Shown: positions 27,601 to 42,400, counted from the first letter of the stretch. The stretch is 64,000 nt of DNA from Callorhinchus milii (GCF_018977255.1 NW_024704761.1:2170001-2234000), one strand, 5' to 3'. Numbers and translations: made by a program. Notes: generated by a model from the letters alone, not told the origin.

Positions 27601-30600
27601 GCATTCAACGGTGTAACCGGCCTTTCCTCCCTCCACCTGGGGAACAACAAGCTGGAAACTCTGCCAAACAGCCTGGTCCTGACCAAAATGCAGAACATGA
27701 CTCTATCCAACAACTCGTGGCAGTGTAACTGTGCGCTGGCCCCCCTCCGAAGGTATATCGAGGTCACAAGACACACAGCTTCCAACCTTTCTCCCTTTGT
27801 TCTCTTTCCTTCAACACAAACACTTCACAGAGACGCAGCCTAAATTTTATAACAATAATTAGTGCATTTGATATATCGTCATCGAAACGTCTCAGAGATT
27901 CACAGGACTGTTAGCTGGATTTGTACAACAAATCTTCCCCCCCTAAAAAATTCTAACGATGGCTCCCATATTAGGGAAGCCCCTTTTGGTGCTCACTTGC
28001 CTTCCCTGTACAGGTGTCCCAAAGACATGTTGACTTTATTTAATTGACGCTCTTTGACCGATACTCATCACAAGCTCTCGAGACACTTTACCGCAGCCGG
28101 GAAGTGACAAACGCACGGATAACAGTTTTGCAGCATTTAGAGTGAAGTTGGGATAGAAACAGGTAATGTAGTGGAGGTGAAGAAAAACAGTCATGGTCAG
28201 AGACCGGATGCAGAGGGAGAGAGAAGAGCTGAGAATCAAACCAGGCACCGAGGTTCCACACTGACTCAGTGTATTTGAGCAAGAGGTGGGGAGGTTGAGG
28301 AGGTCAGAGGCAGAAGTGTGGAGACATTGGTGGGAGACCAAGAGGGTGGGTTTATTAAGAGAACGAACAAATATTGAGTTATCACTTTACCTGATCTCCA
28401 CAGCTGGATGGACAGCAGTAGGAATCAGGTGAACGCGGTCTGTTCCTCTCCAAGCCAGTACAGAGGCCAGCAGATCCGACACACCACAGCCTTCCAGAGT
28501 TGCAAGGGACGCACAAAGCGCAACAAAAAACACACTCTCTAAGCAGGTAAGTGAAGCAGAGCCTGGGGCAGTACAGCCGCAGCCTTCCATTAAACCAGTC
28601 TGTGCTCATCACTCACTCTACAGATCCAACACAGCATCACCCTGTAGTTTGAATAAGTCCAGTGTCCTTGCCTCAAACACACATCCTGCTAACATGTTCC
28701 AGTCATTAATTACAATAATCCTTGCATTTTTATATTGCGCCTGATCACGTCATCAAGAGGATTTTACTGTAAAATGTAGTAACTGTGTGTTTAAGTGAAC
28801 GTGGCAGGTAATTTGCACGTAGCAATGCCCCACAAACAGCCATGATGAAGTGAAGGACCAATTTATTTTTATCTGGGGGATTGTCAGAGCAGAGCACTGT
28901 ACAGTTTGTACACTGTATGACGTCTCCACTGATAACGGCAATCTTGTTCAGGGTCCTGGGAAAGAAGTTCAGAGTTGGGTTTGATGTGCTGACAATCTTC
29001 CCCTCGTGGTTAATGCTGTATCTGCTGTAATACTAAACCTTCCAGACAGTGGTACAATCCCTCAGCTGGACTCCATCACGCTTCCCCACTCTGTTCTCGA
29101 TTATTGTGGATTTATTCTCATTCAGAGTGGGCTGACAGCTAATCTCAGTCTGACTACTAGCCAAATGCTCCGGCTTTGGTTCCCAATTGTTTATAAAACA
29201 CAATGTGGGGTGCAAAGCCTCCCATAAAAATACAACTGTGTATCCCAATGCCTGCAGGTACTGAATGATAGCACTGTCCAGCGCTCACACCACACAGCTC
29301 GCCTGTGTTCGGGCACATTAAACACCTTCAACAAGAAACACTACATCCTCTGTGACTGGGGCTTGGGGCTGCTTATCAGGCCAAGCTGAAGTTTGGCTTG
29401 GCTGTCTGACAGGTTCTCTCGGTTTTCTTCCAGTTGGTGATGGGAATGTCCGTCCTGGAGACAGGCTCCTCCGTTCATCGATCAATGCCAACTGCTGACT
29501 CCTCACAGACACTTTCCACACACCAAAGGAATTTCTCAGTCACCCTCCACAATATTCATAATTCAACTTCAAATTCCTCAAACCTTTGAGGAACGCATCT
29601 GGATTGCAGCTTTCAGCACAGTAAAAAAAAAATGGATAAATGTATATTTGTCTAGAGATATAGGCCCACAAATGTCTGTGGGTATTAATGGTGCAGGAAA
29701 CAGATTGCTAACAGAGAGGTGCAGGCAACTTTGTAAACAAAAAACATCGTCCATATGTAGACCTACAGAGGCTGTTGTTAAGATTCGTATAAGTGAATGG
29801 GATAAACAAACTAGCCACTGTAACAGAGACCTTCTGCGCGCTATCAAACCATTTCTAACTGTAATTGCTGTCCATTGGACTGGACTAAACCTCTGCCCTA
29901 ACCGCGGTTATGAAACCATACAATTCATATTTATACAGTCTGTGCCTTTCACGTCTGGAGGACGTCCCAAAGCGCTTAACATTACTGGCCTGTTCCCCGA
30001 GCTAAGGGTGGGCCCAGGGGGGGAAAGGGGGAAAGATGACTGAAAACACAGTCAATGATACCAAAGCAAATACAGCATGTTTATTCCCCAGCGCTGGCGA
30101 GCAGAGCTGTGTGTGTGAGCGTGTATCAGGCCGGCTCAGTGTGTGTCAGCCTGGCTCAGCGGTAGCACTCTTACCCGAGTCAGAAAGTAGTGGGTTCAAG
30201 CCCCACATTGGGACTTTGAGTTCACAGTCGAGGCTGACATTCCAATGTAATGCTGGGGGAAACATCGCATTGTTGGAGGTGCCGTTCTTCAAACGAGACA
30301 CTAGACCGAGGTCCCTCCACTTCACAAAACATCCTGTGAAGCACTGTGAGATGTCCACCCAAAGTGAAAGGCGCTGTATCCAATGTAAGGACTATTATTA
30401 CCCACATCGGTGTGATGGGAGGGAGACCATATATAGAACAATTAGCAAGTCTCACCTGGAGTCTCTCCCTGCAGGTGGAAGCTGCATATTCCCTTGTAAT
30501 CTAACTGCTCACGAGTGGGTTTCAGGCACTGAGCCTGGCTCCGAGTAGGAGTAAGTGACAGCCACTCTGGCCGTTTCTTCTCTCAGCCGGGCTGGGAATG

Positions 30601-33600
30601 GCTGAAATCCATCTCACACATTCAGCTCCAGGCACTGTTTGGGACTCCCAGACAATGACAGGGGGAAAGGAAAGCCCCTCAATAGATCAGGAAGCCTGAG
30701 GATGGTGCACATGACCAATGAGCTGAGAGCGGAGGGAGATGTACTGAGATGCTTTGTGATAAGAAACCTTTGATCGAAATTCTCCTTTGAGATCGTATCA
30801 GAGATGTGAACAATATTTGTGGGAATCCATGTGCACACCCCAATCCCTCCCCCACCCTACCCCCTTGCGATACTAGTTGTCCGGGTGTTTGTCTTGTCAA
30901 TTGCTAGATCAATTTCGTTTTTATTGGTGGTGGTTGGGGAGTGGAGGGATAGGTATAAATGGTACGAATGGGATTCACCCCAGTGCACCATCAGTTTAAA
31001 GAACTGTTGATTACTGGTTTGCAAGCCAGACATTCCTGATGACATGGGCCCTTAACTGCTAAGCTACCAAGCATCCTTGTATCTGCAACAGTATTATTGT
31101 GTTTTTTTTTAATCCTGTTATTCCTGACACAACGTAAGTCACCTGGAAGCCTTCAATGGCTGAGTGTTCAGCGCTGGGCTCCAAGAGGGGTCTCACCAAA
31201 GTGGCTGTATGTACACTGTATCTCCTTGCTGAAGCCAGTGTATAAAAAGGTTAGCACAATGTACAGGTCACTCTAAAACACGGCCCCAAAAGTTGCGGCC
31301 CTCAAACAAGACTATCCTAAACACGTCTCAATGCCAAGCTGACATTCTCATCTACAGTAAGTGTGAATTGCTGAGCAACTCTCCCGCACTTTACCTGCTA
31401 CAAATATATCAATAAAAACATATTTTCATATCATTTCAAGCTTGACGCACATTTCGTATTGGAAACAGGTGTGGATTTCTGTACCACTTTTAGGCATCTT
31501 CCCCTTCTCTCTCGCAAACCTTCCCTCACTTTGTCCCACTTTCCCTTTCTCCCCTCCTCTGCATTACCCCTCTCTTTCCCGCCTTCCCCCAGAGACGAGC
31601 AATAACTTTGAAAACGGCAACAGGAGCTCCTGCTAACCTTCAACAGCGTATACGAACCTACTGTCCACTCACACACTGTTTCCTGGTCATTGTGCTCGGA
31701 TTGCACACTCTGGTGATATTTTTCTATTTGGCCATAAAAGGCAGCATCACTCCTAGTCTTTTCAGCAGAGGGACGATGTTCCTCGAGGTCTCAGATCGAC
31801 GGAGACTCGAATCTACTTCAGAGAATTCTGACTAATCCGTTGTCAAAATTAAGCCAGTGTTACCCTGGCTACCGGGAAAGAGACACGGACAGGTGAAGTG
31901 ACCATTAGTAATCATCAGATCACCAGCATTTATGCTGTTTGAATGTTTCTACATTCTTCTCGCTCTGTTTCATGCTAAATAATTCCTATCCCATTGACAA
32001 GTCACAATGAGCTCTGAAGCCCAAGTCCATCCAAGGCTTGAACACAGCTGGAATTTGAGAAGAGCTCTCCTACCATCGTTCTTACACTTCTGGGACAGTC
32101 TTATTGAGAGACGGTGTGCGGGGGGAGAGAGGGTGTGTGGGCGGGGAGAGAGAGTGGGGGGGTAAGAGAGAGAGTTGGGGGGAAGAGGGAGAGTGGGGGT
32201 GTGGGAAGAGAGAGAGAGAGAGGGAATCAGGCTGTACTCACAATAATGGTACCAATGTTCATTTGTTTCATGGCTTTTTTGAGAACTTCCCCTGGACAAA
32301 ACGAGCCACCCACAACTCCTGTCAAAGGAGGAGAAATAAAACCTGAGTCTCCACACAGCAAGGCCATCTCTTACCTGGCCTCCTCCCTCTTCTCCCAGCC
32401 AACAACAACTTGCATTTATAAAATACATTTCACACGGGTTAGGGACTCAGATCGCTTGACAGTGACGGAGTCTGACAACGAGCCAAGCATAATCAGAAAG
32501 GAAGATCTTTAGGCAGGATTTGAAGGTGAGGAGGGAGGGGGCAAGGCCGAGGGACTGAGTTGGAGAGATCCAGAGTTTTGGGACATAGTGGCTGAATCCA
32601 TGGCCACCGATGGTGGAACAACAACAACAACAAAATTACATTTATAGAGCGCCTTTCATGTCAGGAGGACGTCCCAAAGCGCTGAACAGTCAGGTGTCAG
32701 GGCCCGAGCATGGGGGAGGGGTGGTGTAGGGGTGAGGGAAGGCAGAGAGGTGGGAGGATGACCAAAGGCACGGTCGAAGAGAAAGGTCTTGAGACCGGCC
32801 CTGAAGGAGGCAAGGGAGGAAGCGATGCGAAGGGACCGTGGGATGGAGTTCCAGTGTGGGGCCAGAGAGGCTGAAAGCCCGACCACCGATGGTTGGGCGG
32901 GTTGGGCGAAAGACATGGAGCAGGCCGGAGCCCGATAAACGGAGGGAGCGGGCAGGCTCGTAGGGAGAGACAGCAGGTCAGAGAGGTTGGAGGGGGCAAG
33001 GCCATGGATGGCCTTAAAGGTGAGGATGAGGATCTTGAACTCGATCATCTGGGGTAACAGAGGGCATGAGGGACAAATAGGATGCTTGAGCCAACCAAGC
33101 GGAGCAGAGGAAGCGGGTGATGGAGTGGGGGTTAAGCAGGTCAGATTGGTAGAGAGGTGCGAGGGTAAGAAGAAATTTGAAAAGGATTGAGAGCATCTTG
33201 AAGTTGATCCATTCAGTGACTGGGAGCCAGTGGAGCTTGGCAAGGACTGGTGTTCCCCCTCTAAAGTATTGATCTGGGTTTACTTTTTATCAATCCCTCT
33301 TCATTTCAAGTCATCTTCTCTCAAGACTGAAGAGCCCCAGCTTGTTTAATTATTGCTCACAACCCATTCCTCTAAGATGGAGGGCAATGGTGTCTTCCCA
33401 ATGGGGTTGCCATCTGTGCAAGGATCAGCCTTTGATGGGTGGAATAAGGGGGTTTCATCCTCATTCCTCTGCACTGCCTCTGGGCCTTATGTCACAGTGA
33501 CCAGAATTCTATGCAGTGCTTGAACGTCGAAGGAGGAAGGAGACTGCAGTGATGAGTTCTGAGCCAGAGATGACTGGCTGGCATTTCACACATCTCTGCC

Positions 33601-36435
33601 ATCTTACAATTGAATATGTTTATCAATTACAAATGTTCGTCACGTGAAACTCCAATATACTCTTATTTATTATTTCAAGGGCAATGAGCTCAAGAGGCTG
33701 AGAGAAGGTTCTTCCCACAGGTGGGCACAATCAAAGGAAACCCAGTAAAGAATCTTCAGTCCCATCAATGAGAAGAGAGTTACAGTCTCCCATGGCCACA
33801 GATCACAAAATCATCAGCACTTGTGGTGGGGATGTTGACCTCCTGGTCAATAGTGCCACACAGTGGTGGATTCAGTACATTGGAAGAGCAGGAGTCAGCC
33901 GAGAAACCGCCACAAGGTTTTTCAAGGCAAAATGTCAAGTCTTGAACTCAATTCCTGACAAGCACAAGCTCACAGTGCATAGCCATACCAAGGACACAAG
34001 CTGGCGGGTTCCCAACACTCCCAGGTCAAGTACAGCACGGGGAGAAATGGAGTGAAGCTCCCTTTGTCCCCACGTTGTGCTTAATCTCAGTCTACTATCC
34101 CCCAGGATTATATTTCCATTTCTCACAACTTTGTACCCTCAAAAGATTGCAAACTTGGTGCCAAATTAAGGGCAGCCAATGGCCAGAACAGAACAGACTT
34201 TGGTCAGAGATGGCCAGATGTGAAAGTTCATCGTGAGAAAAACCTAAAAAAGCAAAAACTGATTTGCTCAAAGAACACAGCAATCTTACCTGCTTGCAAT
34301 GAAGAGAGGTCATAGGTGGAGAAGTCTTTTTGGCTCAGTATGTCTATGTACATCATAGGAGTCCCATAGATAACGGTGCACCTGAGATAACAGCCACAGG
34401 ACAAGGCTTTTAGGATTTTCTCATAACCTTTCTGCATTCCTCCATCCCCCACCCCACCCCACCCCAACATCACAAGTCAATTGCCTTCTGCCTCCACTCT
34501 CCATCACAAGTCAATTGTTTTCAGGTCAGGTGAGCAACAGGTAAATAAATTGGTCTCTGTATCAACCTCTTACCTAAGAATGGCCTCAAATCTACAGCTT
34601 CCTACAGTCAGTCAGAGGTTCCTCAGAAAACAACACTGAGCTTAAACCAGATATATAGGGAGGAGTTTACTCCTCCCCCGATTAGGTCAGAGCAGGCATC
34701 TGGTCTCCAAGCAAGTGGTCCCAAAGAATAAAGAAATACTACAGCATAAGAGAATCCTACAGCACTGAAGGAGGCCTTTCGGCCCATCGTGCCTGTACCA
34801 GCTCTTTGAAAGAGCTATCCAACTGGTCCCACACCCCCTCTCTTACCCGACAGCCTTGCAAATTTTTTTTCCTTTTCAAGCACATATCCAATTCGCTTTT
34901 GAAAGCTACCATCGAATCTGCTTCCACCACCCTTCCAGGGAGTGCGTTCCAAATCATAACAACTCGCTGGGTAAAAAAAACTCTTCTCGTCTCCACTCTG
35001 GAGGAAATGCTTTGAAGATTGTATTACAACAAACAAAACAAAATTGCATTTATTTAGCGCCTTTCACAACCTCAGTACAAATATAGAAATGCAATTTATT
35101 GTATTGTTGTTGAGAGCAGTATATTATGAGCCTTGACTCTTGACCCTTAGTAAAATGAAGGCTAACTGCTTGGTGCTCGGTTTATGAAAGAATGTGACCA
35201 ACATCAACTGCGTCAATGTCAAACCTTTCTTCCTGGATCGCTTGGAGGACTGCCCTGGCCTCGAAGCTCGGAGAACTATACACGACGGTACAGTTGAACA
35301 AGGTCATCACCAAAGAAGATGCCACACAGCCGAAGCAGTGATAGAGGGGAAGACCCACACAGATCCGAGTGTCCTGGGCAAAAACAGAAAGAAGAAAAAG
35401 TAGTGATTGAGGGGTACAGAGATAGAGCATCACATAATAATAATAATAATAATAATTCTTGCATTTGATATAGCACCTTATCACGTCTTTGAGGCATATC
35501 AAAGGCTCTTCACAGGATATACTAAAGTGAATTTCCTGTATATTTTGTGGGTGAAACGTGGCAGCCAATTGCCCACAGCAGCTTCCCACAAACCGTCGTC
35601 GATTGAGTAACCAGATTATTGCCCCCAGAAAAGTGACCGATCAATCAACTGATTACCTGGTTCCTCGCTGCTGCTAGGTAAACAGAGGCGCGTGAAGTAA
35701 GGAAACTTGCCAAAGGTTTCATCCTGCCTGGGAATCCAACCTGGGGCCTTTCGCTTGCGAGGCGAGCACTCTAATCACTAAGCTACAAGACTCCACTTGC
35801 ATGTATCACGGGTATAAAAACGTCCCAACTGTTTATCTACTATCTTGTCTGACAGTTGTCTAGCCTGTTTGTCACTGCCCTTCTAATCTTAAAAGTTCCT
35901 TTTCCAGTTGTGTGTCTTTATCCTTGACGTCCCCAGCCTCCACTTTATTCAATGTTTGTATTAAATCTATTAATGTTGTGGTCACTGTTTACCAGATAAT
36001 TATCCCTGCAATAAAACAAAGTGGAGCACAGTGTTTTCTAATATAAGAGGTAAGTTTTATAGCACCTTATCACGTCTTTGAGACATATCAAAGGCTCTTC
36101 ACAGGATATACTAAAGTGAATTTACTGTATATTTTGTTTGAATAAGTTTGAACAGAAAATAATTTAACTCAACTTTCTTTCCCCTTTGGTTGGGCAGGCA
36201 ATGTGAGAGCAGATTCATCGACCAACTAAGCTTTCTTGTTGTACTCTTTTTTATGTTGTGATAACCAGTGAGTGGAACCTGTTAATCAGTGGCAGGAAAG
36301 GAACATGTCAACACCAGGAACTCACCCTCCAGTGGTAGCCCATCCTGTAGCCTGTAAATCGCCCATTATTCACAATATTGTGGTGGGTAAGAGTAGCTCC
36401 TTTGGGATTTCCTGTTGTGCCCTGAAGGAAAAGAG

Positions 36436-36470
<35 letters not shown>

Positions 36471-39400
36471 CCTTGCATTTGATATAGCGCTTTTCACGTC
36501 GGGAGGACGTCCCAAAGCGCTTCACAGAACACACTGTAAAGTGAATTGACTGTATATTTGTGGGCGAACGCGGCAGCCAATTGCGCACAGCAATGTCCCA
36601 CAAATAGTCGTAGATTGAAAATGACCAATTTATTATTGTTTTTGGTTTTGGAGGGATTATTATTAGGCTCTATGTGGAGTAAGGAAACTTGCCCAAGGTT
36701 TCGCCCTCTGCCTGGAATTGAACTCAGGTCTCTCACTTGCAAAGCGAGTGCTCTAACCACTGAGCTACAAGACTCCACTTGAATGTGAATCAAGTTTTGC
36801 CCTTTGGTATTATAATAATAATAATCCTTGCATTTGATATAGCGTCCTATCACTTTGTCGAATCTGGATGCAGCAGAGTCCCACAACCAGATAGACTTGT
36901 TTGTTTTCTGTGAAACTTGTCGGTCCAGATATTTCATAACACACAGGCTGAACAGTGAGTAGATACCAAGTGCCCAAATAGCTGGAGTGAGAGATCTTTT
37001 GTACTGGAAAGCACACTACTGATCCATTTCATTTTTCAGCATTTACAGAAAAACAGTACAAACAACACACACACACACTCGAAGACATTGGTTGGTGCTA
37101 GCCTCCATAGCTGTGCCGTGTTGGTACTGTAGTTAGTCAGTGGCTGGGACTTTGGGTTGCTGCGCCCTGGGACGTCTTTACGACCTAAAGGGCGCTGTGC
37201 AAGTGTCATTTGTTTTTGTTGTTGTTGTTTCTGGAAAACGCGTGTGTTCAGAGTGATGAAAGTCACCTACTGAAGTGAACTGGATGTTTATGGGGTCGTC
37301 GCAGGAGATTTTCTTCTGCAGGCTGAGTAACTGCTCTCGGTGGCTGGCTGAGGCCGCCTGGAACACTTCCTCAAAGCTGTACGAGCCTGGAGGCTTGCTG
37401 CCAATCACAATGACGGACCTGAGATCTGGAAGACTGAGAAGAACAGCAATGAGCAGCACCTAGACATGAAGAGAGTTCACAACTCTCCTGCCCTGCCATT
37501 GAGACCCTCCACCCCACCCCACCATGGTTGCCTTTTAAAACCAATGACACCAAGAATGACCTATAAAATGTAATTCAGCATCAACCCTCAATCACACACT
37601 CACCATTTGCTCTTCAAGTCCCCGGGAATTGCCTGTTCTAACTCCGGGCAGATCCGCTTAAGGATGTCATAGTACAACTGGGATTTAAACTTTGTCGGGA
37701 AGATCAGAGCCTTACAGCCAACCTGTGGAGAGAAGCAAAATGGTACTTTTCACTATCTCATCTCTGTCCCCTTTAAGCGTTGAGACCGGGAGACCGTTTA
37801 GAAGCTTCCCGTTGGACAACAGCTGCATTCCTCTTATCAGTAATGCTTGACACCAATACTTAGATGTTTTTCTTCTATGTAACCAGTGCAAACCCCCAGT
37901 TGTGGAGATTAAATGTGTGAGTCTGTGCAGGGGGCACAGTGTCCCCTGGTCAATCATTGCGAACATAGCTTACCTTCTTCAGAACAAACTCCAACTCACG
38001 ATGCTGGTAGGCAGGATTAACGGTGACCTAAAGAAAGTACAGAGTTAAGCAGCTGTCAACTTATTCCTGAATACAACTCCCAATTTATATAAGGCTATGG
38101 GATAGCAATGGCCTTTTACGAAAAGATTTAACAACGCGAGGAGCTAGGAGCTAGGAGCACAAGCTTGGTCTGGGAATGGTTGTGAACTCTGCGTGATCCT
38201 TCTTGGCCTGGGTTCCTGGGAAACACAGGAATATATCTAGACAAAGAGACTGCTTGCGGAGACTTTACACTTCCAAAAATTGCTTACGCCAATAATGAAA
38301 TCTCCCACTTACCAATATAATGCCAGCTTGTGCTGTTGCAAACTGCACTAAGACCCACTCGTACATATTGGGCCCCCACATGCCTAGACGGTCTCCTTTC
38401 TTCAGTCCGATAGCAAGCAGTCCAGCAGCCAACTGGTCAACCTGGGAAAAGGGCAAGTGACATAGTCAAAACTGAGGGATGGGGTTGGGGGGGGGGGGGT
38501 GATCAACAAAGAGGCCATGCATTAGATCATAATTCATATTCCACTGGGATTCGTGCGCAAAACAAAAATAATTTCACATTGTGTCAAAGTGAACAATTTA
38601 TCCCCTCAATTGGGCTGCAAACAAACCAATATTCCACAAGGGACATATTCTACTACTCCATTACATGACTCATTTCAGCTCCCACTCACTAGCCCAGGAC
38701 ACACTCACACTCAGGCATGATTGAAAGCCCACAAACATGGGCTATGTGTGTGATCTGCACCAATCCTCTCACCTCCTGCTTTAGCTGCCCGAAGGTCTTC
38801 CTGACTCCATCCTGCACAAACACGACCGCTTCTTTGTCAGGAACCAGATTAGCAGATTCTTCCAGACACTGACCAACTGTCTTGGAGGTGAACGGAAGGT
38901 TGCAGGTTCCGTGGACATAGCTGGTGGTGAGCATAGGCTTGGTCGGAACATTGTCCGGGGAATGAATCGCGCTTAAGAGAAACAGGAAAATATTAGTTCA
39001 GGGGATAGCCTCGCATCGACTTAAATCAAATCGACATTCTTCCTGGAAAACACATGGCATATTTCCAGATTGTGCAGGATTGTCCCAAAGGTATTTGTAA
39101 TAAAGCTCAACTTTTCATCAGCCGGGTGTTTTGACACACACGGAAACCCATCACCACGATCATAATAATAATGATAATCACACATGTAGGCATCCATCAC
39201 TGTGATCAGTTGGGTGTCTGCACACAGAAACCTATCAACAGCTGCGTGTCTGATGCACAGAGAAACCTAGAATTATGAATTGAACTAAACTGAGAATCCA
39301 CATAGGTATACCATTTACATGTGGACATTTCCCTGTTTGGAATGGAATGTGACATGCACAGATGTTGTAATTTCACAATAACTAGTCTTCTCATTTCAAC

Positions 39401-42400
39401 AGCAAACGTTTCCTAAATATATCCAAACAAAAAAGAAAGTTCCTCATTTGACTTATTTCAACAGAATCTAAGATTGTGATAACTCTTTACTTAAAGGGAC
39501 ACATCATAGCTTCATGGTAGCAGCTATGAATAAAGTATTGCTTTATAAATGCTTGCAAAGGGCACAATGTGTTATTAGAATGCATCATTCCATTATTAGT
39601 CATTAATATTCACAAAGTTAAAGGTTATGCTCATGGATTACTGCTGCTGAAGACTTTACCCCATTAAGTATTCCCACAGTAAACTATCTTGGAAAAGACG
39701 ACCGTGTTCATACACTGAGCAAGAGATTGGTAGACAAAAAGAAAGAGAAAATGCCAAGGTCCTGAACAAGTGGCTACTTCCATCACTCTTAGAAATAGAA
39801 TCATAGGAACATGAGAACAGGAGGAGACCATTCAGGCCATAGAGCTTGTTCCGCTATTCTCTAAGATCATTGCTGATCTGTACCTCAACTGCAAATACCT
39901 ACCGTTGCCCCATATCCCTTGATATCCTGACCTAACAAATATCTATCCACCTCAGTCTTGAAAATTTGAATGGATCCAGGATCCAGCATCCACTGCCTAT
40001 TAGGGGAGAGAGTTCCAGATATCAACTACCCTTTACTTGAAAAACTACCTCCTGATTTCACTGTAGCCAGTGCCTTGGGAAGTCCTCCCGACGTGAAAGG
40101 CGCTATAGAAATGTAATCTTGTCGTTGTTGTTGTATCAAATCCCTTTATCATTTTAAACACTTCAATTAGATCTCCCCTCAATATTCCAAACTCAAGAGA
40201 ATAGAGACCAAGTTTATGCAACCTGTCCTCCCAGAGTATTTATGATATCTTTATCAATTTTTGTACTCTGACCATTACTTTCACCCTTCTTTGTCTTGTC
40301 TTTAGTTTACTGATACTTCAACCTGAACTCTGCCCCGCCCCTGTGCCCTCTTTACTGGTTTAACATTCTTTCTACAGTGCTATTTATTCTTTCCACTAGG
40401 ACCTTGAACCCAATCCTGTTCGGGTGTAGCCCATCCCAGCAGTACAGCTCATTCCTGTCCCAGTGCTCATGACGTGGAACCCCTCTTTCCCACACCACTC
40501 TTTCAACCACTCATTTACTTTTTCTGAGCTGTTTATCCCTATACCAATTTGCACATGGATCAGGTGGAACCCAGAGAAAACCAATCTCAAGGTCCTGTTT
40601 TGAATATAGAACCAAGCTGCTGATATTCCCTTCGCAGGATCTCCTCCCTGTTCTTTCTTACTTCATGGTTTTCATGACAGCTGGTTCTTACACCTCCCTT
40701 TTCAGCTGCTCCAATCTGGTTTCCTCCCACACACACAGTCGGCCCTGCCGGCCCCTTCCACAGTATACTACCCCTACCCCGGCCCCCATGGTCTGTCTCC
40801 ATTCAAGTAATCACATGAGCCATTATTCACTGCTTCAAACGCACACAATACATTGCTGTGAGTTGATTTCCAGTCAAACATGTTGCTAATAATAATAATA
40901 ATAATCCTTGCATTTGATATAGCGCTTTTCACGTCGGGAGGACGTCCCAAAGCGCTTCACAGAACACACTGTAAAGTGAATTGACTGTATATTTGTGGGC
41001 GAACCGTGGTCAGGTCTGGGTATTATTCGAATAATGGATTTGGGACAGTCAAGACCTATGTCCAGTCAGAGTACAAACTTTGCTTAAAAGCATTTTGTGA
41101 CCCACCGTCCTGGAACGGAGTCTGACCCGAGCCACGGGGAGAGGGAGTGGAGAGGTGACCGTAATCACGATCAAAAAGGAAGATCGGGATTTGAAAGTGT
41201 GGAGGGTGGGGGCAAGGTGAAGAGATTGAGGGAAAGCGTTCCAGAGCTTCAGTGTATAGTGGCTGAAGGCACGACCACCGATGGTGGAGTGGAGGGGCCG
41301 AGGTCAAACAGGAGGCATCTCAGTGCCTGGTCTCAGTGCCTCAGTGATTTCCTGATCCTGGCTTTGCAAATAGGACGGAGGAACCTGTGTGGGCACAATT
41401 GGCCTCTGCGTCATACCCACAAAATATGCAGTTAATCCACTTTACAGCATATTCTGTGAAACGCTTTGAGATGTCTTGAAGACGTGATAAGGCGCTATAT
41501 CAAATGCAAGGATTATTATTAAATTCCTCATAAACTGAGCAACGCTTGTACATCAATACATCAGAAAGCAAGAGGTTCTGGCTGTGTCTTCCCCCCTCCC
41601 TCCAGGAAAGCAATGTCACAGTTGGGTTTGGGGGCAAAAATTAGGAAACATGCGTCTGCCATCTCTTCAGTTTGATTGGAAAACGGAAAGTGAGAAAGAA
41701 TGTCCAAACCAGATAAGAATTCCAAGCACGCGCACAAATTCCCCAAGTACCGAAGTGAATGTCTACTTGAAAGATGATCCAAAGCAACTGTCTTGAGGCA
41801 AATGCTTAACTCGCTGCAAACCTATCAGAATGGATTCCAAGTCCTGGATAATATGAATGGGCGTTCACAAATAATTCCTTTCAGCAGCTGTCACCCCAGA
41901 GCCTCAGAGATGTTACCATGAAGCTATGATGTGTCCCTTTAGATAAAGAGTTCTCACGAACTGGCGGACATCAGCCTTCAGCTGTGCGGCGGACAGCTTG
42001 CAATGTGCCAGCAATCTTTATGTTGTGAAGATTCACGTTCGAAACTGTGTAACGGCCTTAACCCAGGTCCTCACGCAAGAGGCTTTGGCAAATAGAAATG
42101 CCCACTGTGAAGCCACCTCTGCCTCCAGAGCAATCAGTGTAGCCCAGAGCCCTCCCTCCCCACCCCCCCCCCCCACCCCCCCGCAGCCGTTAGTATTTAC
42201 TACAAATTCACCTCCTGGTCTTGGCTTTGCAAATGGGGCCGAAGAACCCGCGTAGGACTTCGCTGCGCTTGACAAGAATCAGAATGAACAGAGAACCTTT
42301 CGACCTAATCTCGAATTGTTTGGTTTAATAATTTCCCTAAATGTTTGTGTAGTTTTCTTTTAACTGCTGTGATGTGCATTTTTTTTCTGAACAGATCTGT

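Noticed and set aside
34138-34243. Candidate ACSF2 exon after a strong pyrimidine tract/AG
   Set aside because: Would need an intron of about 46 nt and its translation is unrelated; the true exon 10 is 32242-32318.
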